Assembly: GCA_015522685.1 (NCBI GenBank)
Contig: WALU01000048.1
Span: forward strand, 1 to 34,775
Reading direction: 5' to 3'
DNA length: 34,775 bases
Origin: Thermoproteota archaeon
GTDB lineage: Archaea; Korarchaeota; Korarchaeia; Korarchaeales; Korarchaeaceae
The position numbers and the translations under genes are program-made. This document shows positions 8,033 to 17,226 of this stretch, one piece after another. Each line of letters begins with the position of its first letter. The stretch's first letter is position 1. The notes below the pieces were generated by a model. It did not search any database, was not told the DNA's origin, and saw nothing but the letters and a program-made list of their open reading frames with translations.

Positions 8033-10747
8033 ATGGGTCTAGGAGATCCTATAGAAATAAAATTCCTCATTGATAGAGGTTATGTGAGGAAGAAATGCCC
8101 TAAATGTGGCGAGTATTTCTGGACGCTGGATCCAGACAGAGAAACTTGTGGTGAAGCTCCTTGCGAACCTTATTCCTTCATAGGAAGAAGAATATCGGAT
8201 AAGAGCTTAGATGAAGTAAGAGAAGATTTCTTAAGGTTCATGGAATCTAAAGGGCATACAAGAATAGGTAGATATCCTGTCATAGCCAGATGGAGGGATG
8301 ATCTTTTTCTCACAAGCGCTTCTATAGTTGATTTTCAGCCTTTTATAACAGCAGGCCTCGTTCCACCTCCAGCAAATCCTCTCACCATATCGCAGCCATG
8401 CATTAGGCTAAAGGATGTAGATAAGGTAGGACCGACAATGGGCAGGCATCTCACTATATTTGAGATGATGGCCCATCATGCTTTTAACTCCAAAGAGAAG
8501 TTTATTTACTGGAAAGACAGGACCGTTGAACTCTTTCATGAGTATGCAACTCGAGTTCTGGGAATACCTGAAGAAGAGATAATCTACAAGGAGGGAATAT
8601 GGAAAGGAGGAGGTAATGCAGGGCCTGATCTAGAACCGATAGTTAGAGGGTTGGAGATAGCCACACTAGTTTTCATGGAATACAGAGGTGAGGACGGGAA
8701 ATATGTGCCAATGGATACCAAAGTGGTGGATACGGGATATGGCCTCGAGAGAATAACTTGGCTTCTAAGAGGAGATCCTACCGGATTTCATTCGGTTTAT
8801 GGTACCCTAGTTGATGAATTCCTGTCTGAACTAGGCATAGAGCAAATCGATGGTAGTCTGCTTAACAAATACTCAGAGGTATCCTCTATCTTAAGAGAAC
8901 TCGAGAAAGGTGAGAGAGTAGATACTCTTAGGAGGAAAGTGGCTGATATACTGGGAGTGGATTTCTCCTACCTCGACTCTAAGATAGGACCCTTGGAGAG
9001 GGCCTTCGCATTGCTCGATCATACCAAGGCCATAGCCTTCATGCTCGCCGATGGCCTAGTCCCTTCTAACGTAAACGAAGGCTACTTGGGAAGGTTGCTT
9101 ATAAGGAGATCACTTAAAATCCTCAGACTCCTTGGATCAGAGATACCTCTATCGGAATTTGTTGCAAAACAGGTCGGCTTTTGGTCCAGAGAGGGCTTCC
9201 CAGAGCTGGAGGATGCTCTCGGTAGAATCGTGGAGATAACGAACCTCGAAGAGAAGAGGTACAGTGAGATATTAATGAAAGGAGAGGGCATTGTTAGGGA
9301 CATTGTAAGGAGTAAGAAGAAACTGAAGCTGGAAGATCTAATAATGCTCTATGATTCGCACGGAGTTCCTCCTGAATTACTTCAAAATTTGGCTAATAGC
9401 CTCGGAGTAGACGTTGAAATTCCAGATAACTTCTATGAGCTAATAGCTGCTAGACATGAATCTAAAAAGCCAGAAGCTCCAAAGCTACCCTCATTCATCG
9501 ATCAACTGGATAATTATCCTCCTACAAGGCTCCTCTATTATCAAGATCCCTACAAGATGGAGTTCAATGCTACGGTAGTAGGGCATATAAATGGCATGGT
9601 GATTCTAGATTCAACGGCCTTCTACCCGGAGGGCGGTGGACAGCCAAGTGATGTAGGCAAACTTATTTGGAGCAATGGAATCGCAGAAGTATCTAAGGTT
9701 GAGAAATATAAGGGAAGAATACTTCACAAAGTAAGTGAGCTACCCTCTGTAGGAGAAAGGATACATGGCAAGGTAGATGAAGCTAAGAGACTTGCAAGAA
9801 TGAGGCACCACACTGCAACTCATATAATTTTAGAAGCTGCAAAGCAAGTACTGGGCTCTCATGTTTGGCAATGGGGCGCTCAAAAGGGAGATGAAGAAAG
9901 CAGGCTGGATATTACCCACTATAAACCAATATCTGCTGATGAATTGAAGGAGATAGAGATTCTGGCTAATGAGGCAGTTATGAAAAACATTCCGGTTAGG
10001 GCCTTCTGGCTCCTTAGAACGGATGCTGAAAAGAGATATGGCTTCATATTATATCAAGGAGGAGTAGTCCCCAATTCCGTCCTCAGGATAGTAGATATAG
10101 AAGGATTTAACGTCCAGGCATGTGGAGGGACCCATGTTAAGAGAACAGGAGACGTTGGGGTTATAAAGATATGGAGAGCTAGGAGAATACAGGATGGCGT
10201 GGTAAGACTTGTATTCTCAGCCGGGAAGCCAGCTGTAAAGAGATTGATTGGTGCCTACTCTAACCTAAAAGAGATTGCCAATGAACTGGGGGTAGATGAG
10301 GAAAATGTGGCCGAGACGTTCAGTAATGCTATGAAAGAGCTTAGGGATTTAAGGAGAGAAGTCAGGAAGCATAAGAGAGAGCTTGAGGAAACTAGAATAA
10401 AGCAAGCATTATCTCAACCTAAACTCGTTGGGAACTACAATGTTTCTGAAGTAGAACTAGTCTATCTAAGCTTGGATGACGGTATAAAGATAGCTGACAA
10501 GCTAGCTGGCAGTGAAGAGAGGATTATAATCCTCAAGAAGCTTGGAGGCAATAGAGCAATGATAGCTCTTCTAGTAACAGGAGGCTTGGACTCGAGAATT
10601 CATGCAGGTAATCTAGTTAAGGGAGTCACAGGAGATCTCGGAGGCGGTGGTGGAGGAAACTCAAGGCTTGGTAGAGGATCTATACCAAAGGAGAAGCTTG
10701 CTCGCTTCATAGAGGTGATCCTTAAACGATTAGGAGGGAGCTTATAG
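8033..10747 (+). CDS. alaS: Alanine--tRNA ligase, archaeal type
   Basis: N-terminal CPKC..C Zn motif, ASIVDFQP, FEMMAHHAF, DTGYGLER, editing domain HHTATH / QACGGTH, DHHA1 GGGGG. Confidence 0.98.
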   Translation: MGLGDPIEIKFLIDRGYVRKKCPKCGEYFWTLDPDRETCGEAPCEPYSFIGRRISDKSLDEVREDFLRFMESKGHTRIGRYPVIARWRDDLFLTSASIVDFQPFITAGLVPPPANPLTISQPCIRLKDVDKVGPTMGRHLTIFEMMAHHAFNSKEKFIYWKDRTVELFHEYATRVLGIPEEEIIYKEGIWKGGGNAGPDLEPIVRGLEIATLVFMEYRGEDGKYVPMDTKVVDTGYGLERITWLLRGDPTGFHSVYGTLVDEFLSELGIEQIDGSLLNKYSEVSSILRELEKGERVDTLRRKVADILGVDFSYLDSKIGPLERAFALLDHTKAIAFMLADGLVPSNVNEGYLGRLLIRRSLKILRLLGSEIPLSEFVAKQVGFWSREGFPELEDALGRIVEITNLEEKRYSEILMKGEGIVRDIVRSKKKLKLEDLIMLYDSHGVPPELLQNLANSLGVDVEIPDNFYELIAARHESKKPEAPKLPSFIDQLDNYPPTRLLYYQDPYKMEFNATVVGHINGMVILDSTAFYPEGGGQPSDVGKLIWSNGIAEVSKVEKYKGRILHKVSELPSVGERIHGKVDEAKRLARMRHHTATHIILEAAKQVLGSHVWQWGAQKGDEESRLDITHYKPISADELKEIEILANEAVMKNIPVRAFWLLRTDAEKRYGFILYQGGVVPNSVLRIVDIEGFNVQACGGTHVKRTGDVGVIKIWRARRIQDGVVRLVFSAGKPAVKRLIGAYSNLKEIANELGVDEENVAETFSNAMKELRDLRREVRKHKRELEETRIKQALSQPKLVGNYNVSEVELVYLSLDDGIKIADKLAGSEERIIILKKLGGNRAMIALLVTGGLDSRIHAGNLVKGVTGDLGGGGGGNSRLGRGSIPKEKLARFIEVILKRLGGSL

Positions 10748-11415
10748 AGGAGGCATCCCCGCTGGTTTATCTCCTCTTCATTTTAGGCTTTCCTGATGCT
10801 ATAGAGATAACTGCAAGGAGGCTATCCCTGAACAAGAGGGAGGCTATAGCTCTATCCAAGTTAGTAAGGTCTCCCCGCGAGTCCCTTAGGAACTCACTCA
10901 AAGTCGCTCCTCTATCCTGCGCTTCAGATAAGGATCTTGGAATAGATGGTTTCAACGTTCTAATAACAGTAGAAAGCGCTCTTCAGGGAAAACCTGTGTA
11001 TACATGCTCAGATGGATTAGTTAGAGATCTTAGCCTAGCTTATTCGTCGTATAAACCATCAGACAGATTTGAGGAGGTTACTAAGATGTTAAGAGAGCTC
11101 CTAGCTGAAATCAAGCCTAAGCCTAGATCAGCGACTCTGTATCTAGATGCCCCTATATCCAAAAGCGGGCTTATGGCTCTCCATATGAGGAAGATCCTTG
11201 ATATAAAGGTAGTTACATCGAAGCATGTAGATTCCGATCTACTAAAGCATGAGGTGGTGGCTAGCAGTGATTCCTTAGTGATCTCAAAGGCTAAATGTAT
11301 AGTTGACTTGCCTAGAGAGATTTTAAGGAGAGTCAATATATCTCCGATACCATTATTTCCATCTAATGGTCTGGTTGAGGGGTTGATACTTGATAGATCT
11401 TCCAAGGACAGTTGA
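10744..11415 (+). CDS. DUF434/DUF5616 family protein (PIN/NYN-like fold), probable non-canonical start
   Basis: Frame is open from 10726 and reads LIEEASPLVYLLFILGF...LGIDGFNVLITVESALQGKPVYTCSDGLVRDL...YLDAPISKSG...VASSD. First canonical start (GTG 10996) falls inside the conserved domain. Confidence 0.8.
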   Translation: MEEASPLVYLLFILGFPDAIEITARRLSLNKREAIALSKLVRSPRESLRNSLKVAPLSCASDKDLGIDGFNVLITVESALQGKPVYTCSDGLVRDLSLAYSSYKPSDRFEEVTKMLRELLAEIKPKPRSATLYLDAPISKSGLMALHMRKILDIKVVTSKHVDSDLLKHEVVASSDSLVISKAKCIVDLPREILRRVNISPIPLFPSNGLVEGLILDRSSKDS

Positions 11416-12421
11416 TTTTGATGGAAACAAGGTCATTCTAGTAGATCAAAGGAAGCTTCCAGAAAAACTTTCATTCTTGGAATGTGAAAGCGTGGATTGT
11501 GTGGCAAACGCCATAAAAAGCATGGCTGTTAGAGGAGCCCCTGCGATAGGAGCCGCCGCAGCCTTTGGTATGGCCCTCTATGCATCTAGGTTCGAAAGTG
11601 GTAGGGAGAATTTCCTGAGTGGATTGAAGACGGTAGCGGAAAAATTAAAATCGACTAGACCTACGGCTTACAACCTATTTTGGGCTGTAGACCGAGTTAT
11701 TAGCAGTATTAAAGGAGCAACTGATCTAGACGAGATGAAGCGTAGGGTATTAGAGGGAGCTAGGAGAATCGCTGAGGAAGATGTTGAGAGCAATAGGAAG
11801 ATAGGAGAGAATGGATATAGACTGATAAAGGAGGGATATAGGGTTATGACTATATGCAACGCTGGCTCATTGGCTACAGTATGGTATGGCACTGCTACAG
11901 CGCCTATGTATAGAGCTCATGAGGAAGGAATAGAATTCAAGGTAATAGCCTTGGAGACAAGACCAGTACTTCAAGGAGCTAGAATAACTGCTTTTGAATT
12001 AAACAGAGCTGGTATCCCAGTTAAGCTCATAGTGGATGGGGCAGCAGGCTATGTCATGTCCAATCTAGGTGTAGATCTAGCGATAACTGGAGCCGATAGG
12101 ATACTAGCAGATGGTACGACATTTAATAAGATAGGGACCTACTCACTTTCAATTCTAGCAAAAGAGCATGGAGTCCCCTTCTATGTAGCAGCTCCTACAT
12201 CGACGTTTGATCTTAAATCGAAACCTAAGGATGTGAGAATAGAAATGAGGGACCCTAAGGAGGTTGCCTTCATAGGGAACAAGAGGATAGCTCCCGAGGG
12301 AGTGGAAATACTTAATCCTGCATTCGATAGAACTCCTCCAGAGAACATAACTGGAATAATAACTGAAAAAGGAGTAATAATGGGATCGTTGGCAGAAAAA
12401 ATTAATAGACTGCTGAAATGA
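11390..12421 (+). CDS. mtnA: S-methyl-5-thioribose-1-phosphate isomerase (eIF-2B alpha/beta/delta family)
   Basis: DQRKLP, MAVRGAPAIG, TRPTAYNL, CNAGSLAT, ETRPVLQGAR, GADRI, NKIGTY, NPAFDRTP. Confidence 0.92.
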   Translation: MIDLPRTVDFDGNKVILVDQRKLPEKLSFLECESVDCVANAIKSMAVRGAPAIGAAAAFGMALYASRFESGRENFLSGLKTVAEKLKSTRPTAYNLFWAVDRVISSIKGATDLDEMKRRVLEGARRIAEEDVESNRKIGENGYRLIKEGYRVMTICNAGSLATVWYGTATAPMYRAHEEGIEFKVIALETRPVLQGARITAFELNRAGIPVKLIVDGAAGYVMSNLGVDLAITGADRILADGTTFNKIGTYSLSILAKEHGVPFYVAAPTSTFDLKSKPKDVRIEMRDPKEVAFIGNKRIAPEGVEILNPAFDRTPPENITGIITEKGVIMGSLAEKINRLLK

Positions 12422-13420
12422 TCAGCTGAATCCTGGAGGTCTTACTTTGATGACCTCCTTATTCATTAAAGTTGGGGGTACCTCACCATTTAGGAATGCT
12501 ATGAGATTCTTAGCTACTATTTCGGCCATCTTAGATCTGGTCTCATAACTAGCGCTTGCTGCATGAGGTGTCAGCACAACATTATTTAACTGGAGGAGAG
12601 GATCATCAGAAGGTATAGGCTCTTGCTCAAAGACATCTAGGCCTGCTCCAGCGATCCATCCTTCTTTTAACGCCTTGTAGAGAGCCTTTTGATCTACAAC
12701 TTTACCTCTAGATGTATTTATTAGGAAGGCAGTTGGCTTCATTTTCCTAAATTGCCCCTCTCCCATTAGGTGATAGGTCTCTGGAGTTAGTGGAACGTGA
12801 AGGGATATGAAGTCTGATCCCTCAAGCAATTTATCCATATCAGCATACTCAACCCCAAGCTCCTTCTCGAGATCTTCTCTTCTTGTTGCATCATAGTAAA
12901 GCACTCTCATTCCAAACCCTTTGGCCCTTTTGGCTACAGCGCTGCCAATTCTCCCCATTCCTACGATTCCCAAGGTTCTCTCATAAATATCCGCTCCTAT
13001 CATCATCAAGGGATGCCAGCCGACCTTCCACTTTCTATTTCTGATGTATCTATCCGCTTCTACGACTCTCCTAGCCACTGCAAGCATTAGAGCAAATGTG
13101 AAGTCTGCTACGGTCTTAGTTAGTACCCCTGGAGTGTTTGTGACATAAATTCCTCTTTTTGTGGCTTCCTTTATGTCTATATTATCATATCCCACAGCAT
13201 ACTGCGAAACTATCCTGAGCTTAGGAGCCGCATCAAATACCTCGACATCTATAGGATCTGTCAGAAGAGAGACAAGAGCATCCGAATCTCTAACTCTCTC
13301 TATAATTACGCTCTTAGGTGGAGGAGCCTCATCAGTCCATAGATTGACATCGAAAAATTCCTTTATCTTAGAGAGGCCTCTCTCCGGTATTTCTCTAGTA
13401 ATGAAGACCTTGGGCTTCAT
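12422..13420 (-). CDS. gyaR: Glyoxylate reductase (D-2-hydroxyacid dehydrogenase family)
   Basis: MKPKVFITREIP, AVGYDNID, VTNTPGVL, GMGRIG, NTSRG, DVFEQEP, PHAAS. Confidence 0.93.
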   Translation of the reverse strand: MKPKVFITREIPERGLSKIKEFFDVNLWTDEAPPPKSVIIERVRDSDALVSLLTDPIDVEVFDAAPKLRIVSQYAVGYDNIDIKEATKRGIYVTNTPGVLTKTVADFTFALMLAVARRVVEADRYIRNRKWKVGWHPLMMIGADIYERTLGIVGMGRIGSAVAKRAKGFGMRVLYYDATRREDLEKELGVEYADMDKLLEGSDFISLHVPLTPETYHLMGEGQFRKMKPTAFLINTSRGKVVDQKALYKALKEGWIAGAGLDVFEQEPIPSDDPLLQLNNVVLTPHAASASYETRSKMAEIVAKNLIAFLNGEVPPTLMNKEVIKVRPPGFS

Positions 13421-13520
13421 CGGATCGCCTTATTAATTTAAGGCGGAAAGCTTTTAATCAATTTCTTCCAGGAGATAGTCAATTATTTTTAAGGCTGCAT
13501 AATCGAGAACTTGGTGATCA

Positions 13521-15098
13521 GTATTTAGATTTGAACCTGAGAAGGAGGAAGGCAATCAGGAGTATAAATTGAGACTCAATCCTAAATCTGAAGATCGCAT
13601 AATAAAACTGGCCACTCAACTGAATTACAGGCTAAATGAAGGAGGGGGGGAAGCATTTTATGAGCTTGGGATATCTAATGATGGTCTTCCAGTTGGTATA
13701 ACAGAGGAGGAAGCAAGAAGATCGCTTGAGATCATAGACAGAATTGTTGAAAGCTTAGGCGCTAAATATATGATAGTTAGAAAGGAGAAGGCTACAAGGG
13801 GATATGTATATGAACTACTCATAAGAAAAACAATAGATGTGCCTCCGATTCAGATATCCGTCGTGATGCTCGGAAACGTGGATGCTGGTAAATCAACCCT
13901 TAAGGGAGTTCTAGTATCAGGGATGCTAGATGACGGCGATGGCTTAGCTATGAGCCAAGTAGCTAGATACTTACATGAGCTTAAGTTCAGAAGGTCTTCA
14001 TCAATCACTTATCATATACTCGGGTTTGATGATCTTGGAGCATCAGTTAACGATGGACTTCAAGGCTATAATGAATCAGGAATCTATCTAAGATCATCAA
14101 AAGTTATTGTTTTGGTCGACCTAGCCGGCCATGAAAGGTACCTTAAAACGACGCTGAAAGGGATCTTAGGGTCAATTCCCGACTATGCAGCCTTGATAGT
14201 TGCAGGGAACGCTGGACCAATAGGTAGCTTCAGAGAGCACCTAGGAATCTCTGTAGCTCTGGGCATTCCTTCCTTTATCGTAATCACAAAGATAGATATG
14301 ACACCTAAGGAAGTACTCTCCTCCAATATAAGAAAAGCAACAGAGATACTTAAGCTTCCAGGCGTGAATAAAATACCTTTTCCCGTGAAAAGTGAGAACG
14401 ATTGCGCTATAGCAGCTAGAAATATGCCTCATGGAAGAGTAGTTCCTATATTTCTCATATCAAATGTAACTGGCGAAGGATTGGATCTACTTAAGAGATT
14501 CCTGAATCTCCTTCCTCCGAGATTGAATTGGTCTGATAAGGGAAAGGAGAAGTTTCTAACGTATGTGGATGACAAGTTTAATGTGTCTGGAGTAGGTGTT
14601 GTAGTCTCTGGATTAGTTGAATCAGGATCTCTCTCAATAGGCCAGAGAGCTTTGCTCGGCCCATTCGATGATGGGAGCTTCAGGACAGTGAGAGTGAAGT
14701 CTATCCATGTTAGCAGAGTCTCTGTGGAAAGGGCTACAGCAGGCCAATTTGCAACATTCGCAATAACTAACGTAGAATATGAGGAAGTAAGAAAAGGAAT
14801 GGTTCTTCTCAATATAGATTCTAAGCCTAGAGCTGTAAGAATTTTCAAGGCAAGCATAAGAGTGCTTCACCATCCAACGACAATAAAGGTCGGATACGAA
14901 CCAGTTATACAACTTAGAACTATAAGACAGCCGATTAGGTTAATTCAATCCCCTAGGCCATTCCTCAGGACTGGAGATAAAGCAGAAGTAGTCTTTAAGT
15001 TCATAAGAAGACCTGAATATATTAGAGCAGGAGATACATTTGTTTTCAGGGAAGGTAAGACGAAAGGTCTCGGCGAGATAACTAAAATATTGGAGTAG
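13521..15098 (+). CDS. Archaeal GTPBP1/GTPBP2-like translational GTPase (start uncertain; first canonical in-frame start is TTG 13569)
   Basis: GNVDAGKST, DLAGHERYLKTT, TKID and EF-Tu-like domains II/III (FREGKTKGLG). The family N-terminal motif EPEKEEGNQEYK is encoded upstream of the TTG. Confidence 0.9.
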   Translation, partial: VFRFEPEKEEGNQEYKLRLNPKSEDRIIKLATQLNYRLNEGGGEAFYELGISNDGLPVGITEEEARRSLEIIDRIVESLGAKYMIVRKEKATRGYVYELLIRKTIDVPPIQISVVMLGNVDAGKSTLKGVLVSGMLDDGDGLAMSQVARYLHELKFRRSSSITYHILGFDDLGASVNDGLQGYNESGIYLRSSKVIVLVDLAGHERYLKTTLKGILGSIPDYAALIVAGNAGPIGSFREHLGISVALGIPSFIVITKIDMTPKEVLSSNIRKATEILKLPGVNKIPFPVKSENDCAIAARNMPHGRVVPIFLISNVTGEGLDLLKRFLNLLPPRLNWSDKGKEKFLTYVDDKFNVSGVGVVVSGLVESGSLSIGQRALLGPFDDGSFRTVRVKSIHVSRVSVERATAGQFATFAITNVEYEEVRKGMVLLNIDSKPRAVRIFKASIRVLHHPTTIKVGYEPVIQLRTIRQPIRLIQSPRPFLRTGDKAEVVFKFIRRPEYIRAGDTFVFREGKTKGLGEITKILE

Positions 15099-15104
15099 AG
15101 AATC

Positions 15105-16964
15105 TTGAAGATAAAAATAGCTGGAAGGATATATGAGAGGTCCATCCCTGAGGGAAAGTTTTCTATCATAAAGGAAAAAGTGAAATCTGTATGTAAATTT
15201 GAGCCTAAAATGAAAACATGGGTTTTTGACCCTAGAAAAGCAATATGTAGAGACTCTGACATACTCATGGAATTTGGAGTTCCTAGTAATGTAATCAAGT
15301 CTGAGATAGAGAAATTCAAGGGTAAGGTCAAGAAGCTGCTCATAGAGAGGATGAAAAGAGGACAGTTCGCTTTTATACCTTGTAAGGAGGTAAGAGACCC
15401 ATTTAAGATAGATGAAGAATTTTCTATCATAGACTTGAATGATATTACAAGATTGATATCGAAGGAAGGGCCCATTAAGGCATATGAAAAAGTGATCAAC
15501 TCGATTAATGGCTACTATCTGGAGGATCACCTGAGAAAAATTGAAAATCTATTTTCCCTGAAGAAGGAGATATTACTAAAAGATAATGAAAAGAATATGC
15601 TTATACATATACCCTATTCAGAAGAATCTATCCTTAATGATTTAGAGAAGATATCCAAGATAAAATATTATGTTAAAACTCTGAAGGAAATTCATGTTAG
15701 AAAAATAAATATATTAAGGAAGAGGGATGATGTCATATTTGAAGCACCTTTCTTCCTCTTCTACAAAATCAGGGAGATAGCAGCTACCCATGGTTATGAA
15801 TTGAAAGATGAAGTGAAGTGGCCGGAGGAGGATGTAGCTCTCTATAGGAATTTTTCCTTATATAACTTTCAGAAGGATGCAGTTGATAGATGGGAGGATA
15901 ATGGGAGATTTGGCACGGTAGTCATGCCTACGGGCGCGGGGAAAACATATGTAGGTCTGGAAGCGTTATTCAGAACATCTAAAAATGCTCTTATATGCGT
16001 AGTAACTGAAGAGCTAGCTAAGCAATGGTCTGAATTGATAAAAGAGAAGCTTTCTTATTCCCCGGGGATATTTACAGGCAGAAAAAAAGAGTTAAAGCCC
16101 ATAACCGTGGGAATATACAACTCAATAGCTAAACATATCAATGAGCTTTATGATCACTTCTCCCTTATAATATTCGATGAAGTCCACCATGTACCGGCTT
16201 CAACTTTCAAAGAAGTGGCATTTCTGTCTAAAGCTAAGTATAGACTCGGTCTCTCGGCTACACCGGAGAGAGCCGATGGTAACAATCATTTGATTTTCTT
16301 AACATCAGGGAATGTGGTATATAAAGTTGACTATGAGAAGCTACTCAAAATGGGCTTCTTATCCCCTCTGAGGCATCATGTGATCTATGTGGAGCTATCA
16401 GAGAAAGAAAAGAGATCTATGTCAAAGGAAATTATGCTAGCAAGGGATGATGAGAGAAGGCTGATTGAGAAGAAGTATGCCCTTAAAGCTAGGGCTAAGG
16501 TGGATAAAGTGATGGAGCTCCTTCGCAACCTTAAGGGGAGAAGAATATTGATATTCACTGAATACATTGGTCAGGCAGAGGAGATATATAAAAAGGCTAA
16601 AGAGAGAGGCTATAAAGTCGAATTACTTATAGGAAAAACTGTAGGCAGATCTAAGATATTTGATAAGTTTAGGAAGGGAGAAGTTAATGTGATCGTGACA
16701 ACTAGGGTCTTGGATGAGGGGATAGATGTACCTGATGCTGATGTCGCTATAATAGTAAGCGGGTCTGGGTCAAAGAGGCAAATGGCCCAGAGAGTTGGTA
16801 GGATAATTAGGAGAAGCCCTAGAAAGATAGCTGATGTTTATGAGCTGGTAACGAAGGGTACTATAGAAGAAATTCTCTCTAAAATTAGGAGGAGAGGCCT
16901 TCCCTCATATAAAAGAAGAGGGGCGCGAAGTTTTAATTCATTATATCCTCCCAAAGTCAGCTGA
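15105..16964 (+). CDS. XPB/Rad25-like superfamily 2 helicase with N-terminal extension
   Basis: LYNFQKDAV, MPTGAGKT, DEVHH, GLSATPER, VLDEGIDVPDA, QRVGRIIR, VYELVTKGT. Confidence 0.9.
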   Translation: MKIKIAGRIYERSIPEGKFSIIKEKVKSVCKFEPKMKTWVFDPRKAICRDSDILMEFGVPSNVIKSEIEKFKGKVKKLLIERMKRGQFAFIPCKEVRDPFKIDEEFSIIDLNDITRLISKEGPIKAYEKVINSINGYYLEDHLRKIENLFSLKKEILLKDNEKNMLIHIPYSEESILNDLEKISKIKYYVKTLKEIHVRKINILRKRDDVIFEAPFFLFYKIREIAATHGYELKDEVKWPEEDVALYRNFSLYNFQKDAVDRWEDNGRFGTVVMPTGAGKTYVGLEALFRTSKNALICVVTEELAKQWSELIKEKLSYSPGIFTGRKKELKPITVGIYNSIAKHINELYDHFSLIIFDEVHHVPASTFKEVAFLSKAKYRLGLSATPERADGNNHLIFLTSGNVVYKVDYEKLLKMGFLSPLRHHVIYVELSEKEKRSMSKEIMLARDDERRLIEKKYALKARAKVDKVMELLRNLKGRRILIFTEYIGQAEEIYKKAKERGYKVELLIGKTVGRSKIFDKFRKGEVNVIVTTRVLDEGIDVPDADVAIIVSGSGSKRQMAQRVGRIIRRSPRKIADVYELVTKGTIEEILSKIRRRGLPSYKRRGARSFNSLYPPKVS

Positions 16965-16986
16965 ACCTAGTGTGGGGAAGGAGATC

Positions 16987-17226
16987 ATGGATCACAACCA
17001 AGGTCTAGTTCCACTAAGCATAATGAGGTCTGGACAGAGAGGAAGGATCATTACACTAAATGTAGGAAGAGGACAAGCGAGAAGACTTATGGAGATGGGT
17101 CTTCTTCCCGGTGAAATAGTGGATATTCTCTCTAATTCAGCAGGTCCTATAATAATACGAGTTAGGGACGTTACACTCGCTTTAGGAAGAAATATCGCAT
17201 CTCGCATATGGATTGAGGCGATGTGA
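16987..17226 (+). CDS. feoA: Ferrous iron transport protein A
   Basis: RRLMEMGLLPG, GPIII, LALGRNIA..I motifs; directly upstream of feoB. Start ATG 16987 or GTG 16972. Confidence 0.93.
   Translation: MDHNQGLVPLSIMRSGQRGRIITLNVGRGQARRLMEMGLLPGEIVDILSNSAGPIIIRVRDVTLALGRNIASRIWIEAM

Noticed and set aside
12416-12427. Abutting stop codons of convergent mtnA and gyaR (TGATCA)
   Set aside because: Ordinary genome compaction.
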